Assembly: GCA_964057225.1 (NCBI GenBank)
Contig: OZ059895.1
Location: forward strand, 5,146,001 to 5,210,000
Reading direction: 5' to 3'
DNA: 64,000 bases
Source of the DNA: Auanema rhodensis
Taxonomy: Eukaryota > Animalia > Nematoda
Shown piece after piece: positions 28,962-39,586 of this stretch. How positions within the stretch are numbered: the stretch's first letter is position 1; every line of letters starts with the position of its first letter. The position numbers and the translations under genes were made by a program. The notes under the pieces are model-generated. The model was not told the DNA's origin, did no database searches, and was given only the letters and a program-made list of their open reading frames with translations.

Positions 28962-31900
28962 TCAGAGTTTCTGCAAATCGAAGATCTCATCTTCATCTTC
29001 ATCATCATTCATATAAAGTGGAATTCTTTCGAATCCTGCACGACTGCCCGTGAAAAATCCTCGTCTATTCAAGACCGAAGATACACGTTGACGACATCCA
29101 AAGCACTAGAAAATTAAGGTAATAAGTTCTAGGTTGTAGAAAGAGCATTAATAACTTACACAAGCCATAACAATTAGAAAAGACACCGATGAAATAACTA
29201 AGAAATTAGAACTCATAAAGCTTTGGGCACCAGAATGTATTGTATGCTCAACAAGAGTATTAAAACTTGAAATCTGAAACCAAAAGATTAAACTCGAATT
29301 GTTTCAAATGATATACCTGAACAGTGAACTTATCAACAGCAACTCCTTTTCGCAAAACCGTAAATTTAAAAGAACCATTAGGTAGTGGTACAAAGACCAT
29401 GTTTTCATGAAGGGAATATTTTCTTCCATTATCAGCTAAAATGACAAGAGAAGGATCATCACTTACTACTCTGAGACCACGAAGTCTGTAATAAATACTG
29501 GAATAATAAGAACGAATGATTTAAAAAGCTAACCTTTCATTCATTAGGGCTATGATACTTCGACGATTCTCCTCATAAAGATGTCCTGCTTCAGTTTCAT
29601 GGCAACATCCAGCTTGAACTAATAAAGCATCAGGCTTGCTCCACTCAACACGCGGTGTTTCCATGATATTTCCTTCATTCCATAGAATACCTTTATTAAC
29701 TTCTTGCTCTTGGATTAATCCTGAAGAACACGAATATAATATTTCGTATTATTTACTGATTATACCCCCATGACAAGTATCACTGTTAGCATCCTGAAGA
29801 ATAGGATGAACAGACTTGTAAACGTTAGAAAGACGATCACCGAAACCTCCAGTCTCGTTGATGTATCGTAGCTGAAGAAATTAATATTATTTTATGCTGG
29901 AAGAAGACATAAACATACTTTAAGGCCACCTGTAGCAAATAATACCATATAGTCTACTTGAGGAACAAATTTCAGAACATCCGACAATACTTGTTGGAAT
30001 GGAGCTATAGTTCCATAGTCATGACAGTTGTGCTATAAGACAATATTTCTTTCAAATACTTCAACTGATGTCTCCTACTTGTGTTCTAGGAATCTCTGGC
30101 ATCATTATCAAGGTAGATGTCTTTAAAATATTTCCTACGCCTTCTAATGTTGTATTCTCACACCAGCGAGACATCATATTATAGACAAGAGTTTCAGTTT
30201 TCTGAAATGTTAGGTAATGAAATTTTTTCTTAAGTTTGAAAAAACCTTTTCAAGTGCAACTACAAGGGTGTATGGTGGTTTACCACTTCCCATTTGATAG
30301 AGTTTCAACGGATCACTACTTGGAACTTCAATTAAACATTTGTGTTCTTCTAATATTGGAATTGCAGCACTAAAGAAGACTGTATTATGCAAAACACAAG
30401 AAGAACTTTTGAAATACCTGGTGAAAAGAACAGCTTCTGATGGAGAGAAATGATCAGCAGGGTTTGCAGATGGAACTACAGAAAACTCTTTAACAGCATC
30501 AGTAGTTATAGCTTTTCTCAACATCTATAATATGTGCATAAACAATTAAGTTGGATAACATGTTGAAAACCCACATTGACAGTAGTTCCCACAGTAGCTG
30601 CCTTTTTAGAGATAATGGTGTCGTTGCTACAGCCCAGAGCTACTCCAAGTTCAAATGTAGAAGGAAGATTTAAGTCACTGATTGCCAACGCCACAGGAGT
30701 CTCACGGATAGGTCTATAAATAAGTTATCTATAGATATTGCTCCAAAATTGAGCATCCACTCCGAAACTTGGTGTAGTGGTTGTAACGTCTGGTTTGCAA
30801 ACAGAAGGTCACCGGTTCGATTCCGGCAATGCTCGTTTTTTTATATTTCAGAACAGAAAATAAAGAAACATACTTTTCACACTCATCCCCAGTTCCTATA
30901 GCTTTCCTCAAGCTTTCATCCAATTTATCTTTATTGAAAAGTTTTGGTTGGTTTTCTACTGTACTAAACGTGAGAGATTCCACAAACCCATCAGAAACAA
31001 CCAACAAGGAAGCAGGTTTCAACTTTCGCAATGCCTAATAACAGATAGATTATTCATTTTTCAATCAATTTACATGCTACTACCTCGATCTCTTCACCAG
31101 GCTTCAACAGGGGAATTATCATAAGAGCAACTTGCGAGTCCAATTCAAAGTCGGATGAACAAGTTAAACGTGCAAGTTCACGAAGCGTTTCCGATGCACT
31201 ACAATTATGTGATAAACAAATAAAAATGATAAAAAAACACCAAAATTTAGTACATGCTTCAGAATGAAAATATTTACCTTGGTGATATTCCAACAGCAGC
31301 AATAGCGATGTCTCCTTTTCCTCGTCGAATAAGATTAATATTGTTATCAATGGACCCACATGGATGGAGCGTAACATCTCGGCGAACACGTGTATCTCCG
31401 ATATTTTTTATAAAAACTGTTTGAGGTTCCATTTCAGCATGATCAAAAGTCAACTTAAATTATTCATGATTTTTCTCGAGTATACAGAAATGTAAAACTA
31501 ACAACATGATCGCCTGGGGTTAAAAGTCTCCAATATTCCCCATCTTTAGTAGTATGTATAGGTTTTCCTATAAAAACAGATTAATATAAACAAATAATAC
31601 TTTTAACTTACCTTGATCTACATAAACAGTCGCATTGACAACTGGTTTACCTTGAGCATCAGTAACTAGACCATATGCAGATGATTCAATTAGATCAAGA
31701 AATGCAAATAACGACATCTGATGCTCTTCCCAAAGCCTGGAATGAAAATATACTTTTCTGGTAAAGCATGGAAATAATACTTAGGAAGCATCTCATTGTT
31801 AGGAAATTTGAAGCACCCCATTTCAATTGTTATTTCAAATGCATTTGTATGTTCATATTGCCAATCCTGCATACCACCGGCCAAATGATACCTAAAAAAA

Positions 31901-33331
31901 AAACAATGATATAGCTAAAAGAAATAGAGTAAATTACCATCCAGCCCCGTTAGTGATTCCATTAATAAAATTATCTCCTTCTATACTCAAGCCACATCGT
32001 CTACCTGTTTGCCACATGGTGGAGTGTGCTCTTGCATATCGAAAAGCCAATTCAACAAACAGTTTATCATCCAAACTCTTAATTTATAATATTTGGTAAT
32101 GGTGAATATAAAAATCTAAAATTAGACTCACAGGAGTATATATGTCCTGTGCAGTAGGTGAATCATCTAAAGGATAATTAGCAACTAATGATCCTGAAAA
32201 AAGTCAAGCATGCTCTAATTTTAGCCTTAGTTTAGCAAACCTCCATGGAAATTAGCACTAATCACAAAAGGATATTCTTGAAGCCATTTCATAACTGCTA
32301 CTACTTCTGCTTCAGGATTATCTCCACCAGAAGAATCTTCACGATGTTCAGGATATTTAGCAGGGAAATTACGATTTAAATCCACATTATTAATATTGGA
32401 TCGACCCTGAAAACAAGGAAACTGTGAAAAATATATATATAAACTACTTGCTCTGTATCCTATACGATCACCAGGGAAGCCTATTTCATAACCATCAGGG
32501 TTCATGGAAGGCATTAAATGAATCCTATTATTATTTACAAGATTAGTGATATACTGGTTTTTTCCATAATTTTTACAAAGGACGTCAATGAAATATAGAA
32601 GAGATTCACGCCCAACAACCTAAAAATGAAAGTAAATTGCGATTTCTATATAAAATAAACTACTTCATTTCCGTGCATATTGCCAACATATTTTAATTCT
32701 GGTTCAAGAACCTCATGTTCTTTGGGATGATCAGATACAACTAAAACCCAAAGATCCCTTCCTTGCACTGATTTTCCAGCCGAATAAAGCCATGTAATAT
32801 TAGGATAATTCAAATTGACTTTCTGAATATTACGGAGAACATTATAAAATTATGTATTACTTATTATACCTTGAGCCAAGCAGTCATATTGTTATAATCA
32901 TGGTTCATAATTTTAGCTGGGCTGACATCTTCAAATTTTCCAATTCTGTTAAGAAAACTTTGGTTAAAACATTTTTAAGTTAAAAAAATTAGGAACTGGT
33001 TGCATTGATTGAATTGAAGATGAAACATAACTTCTAGGAACAACTTGAAAACAAAATGATCAAAATAAAACCAACTTCTTCAACATATCTTCTCTTGTTG
33101 GGAATATAGATTTATTATATTTCTGATCTCCAAAATACTGGGACAAAGCATCTCTCTAAAAATTTCAAATAGTAATAACTTTGCAATTTGAAAACCAACA
33201 TCCTGGAGAAATTTTTCCCTTTCATTAGCAACAATTGGACTATCCCATGACATTAACTGAGCATTAATAGAAATAATTAAAAAGGATGATGTACATAACA
33301 CAAGTAAGGGTATCCCGCCTGTAGGACACAT
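28962..33331 (-). CDS. cpd-1: Carboxypeptidase D-like M14B metallocarboxypeptidase, type I membrane protein, >20 short introns
   Basis: Signal peptide after ATG 33331. Domain 1 motifs [64 protein letters not shown]. Transthyretin-like segment [10 protein letters not shown], degenerate further repeats, TM segment [18 protein letters not shown], acidic tail [24 protein letters not shown]. Gene symbol assigned from architecture only. Confidence 0.88.
30751..30842 (+). ncRNA. tRNA-Val-derived Pol III element (tRNA pseudogene or tRNA-like ncRNA), antisense within a carboxypeptidase D intron
   Basis: A box TGGTGTAGTGG (30770-30780), B box GGTTCGATTCC, T7 terminator at 30836. Core resembles nematode tRNA-Val (TCTG..ACAGAAGGTC.CCGGTTCGA), but the anticodon loop is TTTGCAA and canonical acceptor pairing is lost. 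Confidence 0.7.
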
Positions 33332-33600
33332 CCTGCAAATATTATTTTTCATATCATTGGTTTAGAACTGAAAGATAAGCTTGTTATTGTGCACGTAATC
33401 AATTGGTGATTAGTTAGAAAAGGTGAAAACATATGAATAGGTAGTTTTGTTTAAGCTTTGTAGATAGTTGAACTGGATAGAACCTTTGGCCGCTATAGCA
33501 CTTTGTAGACGCAAGCGCATTGTGTAAATATTGAAACGATAACAAGAGCCTTCATTGAATCATATAAGGTCACAGTTGTGAGAATTTACGAAAAAAAACT

Positions 33601-33614
33601 ATCTCCATAGCAAC
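33601..33614. promoter_or_regulatory. X-box (RFX/DAF-19-type) motif ATCTCCATAGCAAC
   Basis: Exact match to RTHNYYWTRRNRAC, 270 bp upstream of the carboxypeptidase D ATG. Confidence 0.45.
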
Positions 33615-33853
33615 AACAAATAAAAACAAAAAATTTTGTATAACAATAACAACATTGAAGTTGACGACATCACATTATACTAGAAATATGAAATGGGTGG
33701 ATGGAACGTGTAGATTTGCAAGATACGTTCCAGATCTTCCAAATAAACTGGGCGAGAAAGCTAGAGGTATTTCTAAGATTATTAGAATTCTGGAACCTGG
33801 TAGAAAATATTGAACACAAATTTAGCAAACTCGGCAGACGTCTCGGCTGACTT

Positions 33854-35619
33854 TTATGCAATAGGCTTGGCTTTGATTTGACCAATACGTGATTGAGCCA
33901 ACTGAAATTGACAGCTATAGAGTATCGGAGGGAAGATATCAAATACCTTTCTGTGAGCATCAGCGAAAGCTTTTTGATTTTGTTTTCTTTCAACAATGCG
34001 AGCACGACGAGCAGCCTTCACAGCTTGTTTCCTTAACTTTCTTTCTTCGGGAGTTTCGCCTTTAGGTCTGAAATTCAAACCAAAATATAAAATAGAAAAC
34101 AAATGTAAAGCAACCTCATAGTTGACGTCGTTGTACATTGACTCATATCGTCATCATCCATCTCAATATCCTCTTCTTCAAGAGCTTCAGCATCCTTCTT
34201 AGCATTTAATCTATCAAGCTTTTTCAGGGCACGTCGAGAAAGACATTGGTTGGGATCTGAAAGCAATATGATTATTGTTTTGAGTGAAAAATGCGGTTAC
34301 CCTTGATAACAGTTGGGTGATTGTATATATTCGTATATTGTGAAGCAAATGATTCACAATCCCATTTCATACGCTTCGTAGCACATTCATCAACCTGATA
34401 TTAATATATATTATACACATATTATTCAAATATATTTCTAACCTCAACAAGCTCAGTGTCATCCTCTTTTATAACACCAGCTTCTATCAATGACATACGT
34501 TTTCTCACATAATCTTTAGCTAACTATAAGTAAATTTATTAAAACGTTGATATAAGGAAATAAAACCTGCTCATCATATTCGGGATCGCTACGCTTTTCC
34601 CTTGCTAATCTGTGCAATCTACCATCATCGGGTTCAATCAAACCTCCAACTCGATCGTCATCTCCATCAAGTTCACCGACCTTATAACAAAACAATTCAC
34701 AAATTCAAAAACTGTTTTTACTTGATCATCATTGTAATCAGCTTCCAGAAGTTGATCGAATGCATCATCAATTTCTCTCCTAGGTCCATCACGATTTGCA
34801 TCAAATGGAACACCATCTTCCTCATCTTCCATATCAAACTCATCATCGTAATCCTGATAATCGTCATCTGATTCCTAAATAAAAGGTTTTAATTCTTAAA
34901 ATTTTCAAAACAAAAACTTCATCATCATCATCATCATCGCTGTTAGCAGCCACTTTTCTGCGATATGCGAGTAATGGAGGAGGCATTCCAGCTATTCCTC
35001 CAGCTAATTGTATGAAATCATCTTCTATTTCTCCTTCAATTCCATGAAAATCTCCCTATAAAAACGTTGCTAAATGAAAATTTACTTAATATATTTTACC
35101 TCTAGAACACGATCAACATCATCATCATAAACGTCTTTCTGAGTCTCATGTAAAGGACGTTCTGCCAAAGCAGACAAAGGATTGAAAGATTTTGGTGGTG
35201 CTCTTCAAATTAAATTTAATGAAAAAAGGTTTTTTAATCTTACTTGATAACTGTGGTTTCTACTTCCTCTTTCTCGGCATGTAAAGCGAATCCCTAAAAT
35301 TGCGAAAAAATTAAGAACAATAACAATATTCACTCACCTCATCTCTATCTCTTAAATGTTTCATATAGTCGTAGTCATCATCGAAAAATACTCCATATTT
35401 CTGCTGTTGTTGCAAGTGCTGAGCTGTTGGTTTGAAGCTTTGTTCTTGGGCCTAATAAAGTTCATAAAAAAATGTCTTTTCTTTCAACACTTACATCTCC
35501 AGCAGCAGCTGAAGCTGGCATCAAACGGAAACGAGTAGCATTTTTTTTATCAACAAAGCACTTCTTTTTACCCTAAAAGTCTAAGTGAAATAATTTCTTC
35601 AGATTGAATAGCTCACCAT
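33854..35619 (-). CDS. ltv-1: LTV1 40S ribosome biogenesis factor
   Basis: M|GKKKCFVDKKNATRFRLM..., YGVFFDDDYDYMKHLRD, WDCESFASQYTNIYNHPTVI, RPKGETPEERKLRKQAVKAARRARIVERKQNQKAF: recognisable LTV1 motifs. The first coding exon contributes only the ATG. Confidence 0.93.
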
Positions 35620-36108
35620 TCTTGTTTGATGCTCCTGTTTTCAACAGAAGTAAGCAAGTACCTGAAAACTATTTTAATAGAGTTTAATTTATATTTTTAA
35701 AAAATTGAAACTAAATAGTATATTCTAATTTAAAATTAAAAAATAATAATTTTGGGAATAACTTCAAGAAAAAAACGTGGTCGCAGTTTTTCGTGATGAC
35801 TTTGTTAACAAAATACGCAACACAGTTGTCAAACTTGAATAGCTGCTTTATTTGCAACTTCTTACTTAATATTTGTCATTTTTGAACTTTTATTATGTAA
35901 GAACATTACTAGAGCTTGTTCATATATTTACAAAATTACTTGGAAAAAAAAATATTTATAGCTGATGTTAGAAATATTATTTTCACAACAATTCTATTTT
36001 TTTAGAAATATAATATAGTAACAAAAATTCAACAAATCAACAATGACAATGACAACAAAAATGTGTTTAAAAATTTATAAAATCCTTTACAAAGATTATA
36101 CACCATCT

Positions 36109-38099
36109 TTACTCTTCCATATCCATTTGTTCATCTTCGACATCATCGTGCTGATTTTCTGTTAAACAGAAATCATCCAACATTTCTTCAATGGATGGTC
36201 CATCCGGTAAAGGCTCCTCATCATCTGTTTCAACAGGTCGTGCCATCTTCACGGAATCCTTGTAAATATTGACCTTTTCACGCATATGTGGATCTTCTTC
36301 TAAATCTTCCATAAATCTACAAATAAATTACATTAACAATATCAAAAATAATAATTAACCCTTGGAATTCATCGATAACACTAGCTGTTTCATGACCAAC
36401 AATATTTCCATCAACAACCATTCGTTTGAGTTTCCATTGACGCTTTTCATTTCTTCGGTTTCTGTCACGAACCTAAATTTCAATACAATAAAGAATATTA
36501 AATTGATTTTCGCTAACCTTTTTCACAATGATTACATCAGGAATTTTCTCTTCTTTCATGGCATCAAATATTGGGTTATTAACATTACAATTCTTTACAT
36601 CCAAAGCCAATACTAAGTCTCCAGGATTTAAGAATCGACCAAGATGAGTACGAGATGAGAATGTTTCGGCATCCGACTTTCCAACTTGATCATTTCTAAC
36701 TAGCCAAACATCGGCCATCGTATGCTTTTTACTCACAAATCCATGCCCAGTCTAGCAAATAATTATATTAATTTCGAAGTAGAGCAAAACAACTTACACC
36801 GCGTTCAAAGTTGTGAATTTCTTCCACATCTAAGACATAAAATTGAGTCAATAGTTTTGGTCCACACATAGCATAGAATGGATTTTTTAAATAAGTGGAG
36901 CTTCAAATAAAATAATTATTGTAAGTAAGTTATGAAATATATACCATTGTACATCAGCCATTTGAAGTGTTGCTGGATCTATCAAAGTTATAACATTAGA
37001 CACTCGCAAACAAATTGCTATTTGAGACATATTTCCTAAACCTTGAGCAACATGCTTGGGCAAGATCACAATATCGTGTCTGAAAATTATAATTATGAAT
37101 TCAGGAAATATCAAAGTAATATACTTGCAAATTGGGACGATTTCAACGCAGAATGTGTGTTTATAATCATAAGTATTATTTTTAGTATCATGGGATACTA
37201 ATTCCTAAATAACAAAATAAATTCAACAACTCAGATAAAAAAATAAAATACCTGGGCATAATGTGAATGAGCTGGAAGAACATTTTGAATGAAGTCAACT
37301 AATCTACGAGCATCTTGTTGCTTTGGAAAGAAAAAATCTATTCCAGTAGGTACAGGCTTAACTCCTGTACAATTTTTGTGCTCCTAAAGACCTGTTTATT
37401 CTCTTGAATAATTAATAAAACCTACATTATGTTTCAATAAAAGTTGTTCGAGGTAGAATAACGTCTTTTTGTATTCAGACTTTTGTCTAACTTGCACACA
37501 AGCTCTCCAAAAATCTTTAGCTTCTGCTCGTCGACAATCATCGCACATCTAATAACAAAGTTTTAAAAATTGAAAAAAAAAGAAAAAGAGTATACCTGAT
37601 TATGTACAGAAAATTCAATAACAAGGGTTTGTTGAAGAATTGTACTGGCAAAAACCTCTTTTTGAACCGTGAGTTTCACTTTTATACGTTTTGAATGTTC
37701 TTCAGTCCATACGAAAGCAGCATCAATTAATCTGACCTTAAATTATAAAACATATTAATGATAATCTAAAGAAGATAAACCTTAATAAGGCATGGTTTTA
37801 ACTTCTTTAAGCAAATTGAGAGCAATTCTTTTGACTCAAGCTGAGCTCTCATCCATCCACTGGGGGGAACAAAGTAACGATCACAAAATTTACACATGTA
37901 AATGACACCTATGTGAAAAAACAAGCAAAGTTGGACTGAAGTTAAAAATGAGCTAACATGTTCTGGTTATCCCTTCAGTTATATCGACTTTAGATCTTAA
38001 ACAAGCACTGCACATATTAGCAGCATTTGGTTGAATGGCTACACCACATTCGCAACAGGCAATAAGCCCAATAGATTGATCAACATTAAGAGTCTCCAT
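36109..38099 (-). CDS. nmd-3: NMD3 60S ribosomal subunit export adaptor, ~11 exons
   Basis: IACCECGVAIQPNAANMCSACLRSKVDITEGI, FVWTEEHSKRIKVKLTVQKEV, CDDCRRAEAKDFWRAVVQVRQK, RTHLGRFLNPGD, FMEDLEEDPHMREKVNIYKD, IEEMLDDF (NES-like). Confidence 0.96.
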
Positions 38100-38966
38100 G
38101 TTCCCTAAAAAACAGAAATGAAATAATTTCAAAAAAATGAAGCCGTGCACACATATTAACTAATCTTGCTTAATTTATCCTCAGACAATTTTTATTTATA
38201 TTATAAAGCAGAAACTAAGATTACTCTAAAAACAAAAATCCTAAAGTATAATCATATTCTATATTTTTTAATTTAGAGTTCTCGTGCTGAACTGACTACC
38301 GTAGCATAGTATTATTGCAGCGCGTTTCAGTCCAACCACTACGAATCTTATAAATAAGAAATCTCACCAACTTACAGAAATTTAAGTTATTTGTTCTTAA
38401 AAATTGATTTATATATATTCGTAAATGCCCAATTTAACGACGTCTCTCTGCTTAAAGTTTTTAAGAACACCATTTTATTTAAATTAACAAACATAATATC
38501 TAATCTATTGTTATTATTTCACCTTGGCTGGAGACGTACTATAATTTATACTGTTACTTAAGTGTTTTGTTTCTTGCTTTGTTATGTAAATTTGTTGTTC
38601 TTTCTTGTGTTTGTTTATTTTTTGTTATTTGTATTTAAAGTGAAAAAAATTAAATCAGAATAAATCATATTTATAATGAAAGTATCACATATTGAGTTGC
38701 TTTTTAGCAGTAACATAAGGCACTAATTAGCATATGGAACATAAGTGAATTATAAAAGATGTATCATAATCTAGTATTGGTTCTTGGAGAAGAATCCAAA
38801 TTGCATAATCACAAGTGTAAAAATACTATCTATAAGTATCTTATCTGGATCAGTGTTCAAATCACTTTTTAAGTAATTTTTTAGGGAAAAAGCTAGTGAA
38901 AATGTGAATATTTAGATTATTCTTGTGTATATGTGAATGATGATGGAATTATAGAAAGACGAACGT

Positions 38967-39409
38967 TTAAAGTTTCGTACATACGATAATACATGCATGC
39001 AATTCTCTTTTAGAGAAATCTGAAGCTGAAGAGGGTATGAAGAATGAAAGTTTGAGATATTTTCTCTTGACGAAGAACAGCAGCTGCGCTTGACTATTCC
39101 TGATCAATTAAGAAGTAAATGGAAACTAATATAGCTGTGAGAAATATTTTTACATCTCAGGCAACATCGGGGGTTTCATGAAATATATATTGGTTAATCT
39201 TCCCCGAAACAATTTGGTGAAAAGAATTCCGCTGAAACTTGAGGAAATAAAAACGTGATGTTTCAGAATTTGAGCTTATTTCTTCTAATCGTTTTTTACC
39301 GACTGAGCTTAACTGAAAATCTTAACAAGGTCGTTTGGAAAAGTACACAATTTCTTCGAAAATAACCAGGCGTTAAAGGATCATAGAACTTTGAAAATGT
39401 GTTTTGCAT
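38967..39409 (-). CDS. Candidate 106-aa orphan protein, 3 exons (39409-39300, 39231-39154, 39099-38967)
   Basis: TTTTAAG|A-ATG acceptor next to the start; 68- and 54-nt GT-AG introns; both junctions phase 2 and the frame stays open. No recognisable domain. Confidence 0.3.
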
Positions 39410-39586
39410 TCTTAAAAGAAATTGATAAAATCGGTATAAGGTATGAAAAGTATGAAAGTATAGTCTAAAATAAGCCCATAATTAGATTGAAAAAATTTAG
39501 ACGAGAAGGATCGTCGGGAAAAAATAAGAAAAATGATAAAAATAAGAAAACGGGATTAATCAACTTGAATGCACATCTTTGTTCCA

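Noticed and set aside
30763-30835. Functional anticodon-switched tRNA reading Ala codons as Val
   Set aside because: Canonical acceptor stem is unpaired and three other stems are mismatched, so it is unlikely to be charged.
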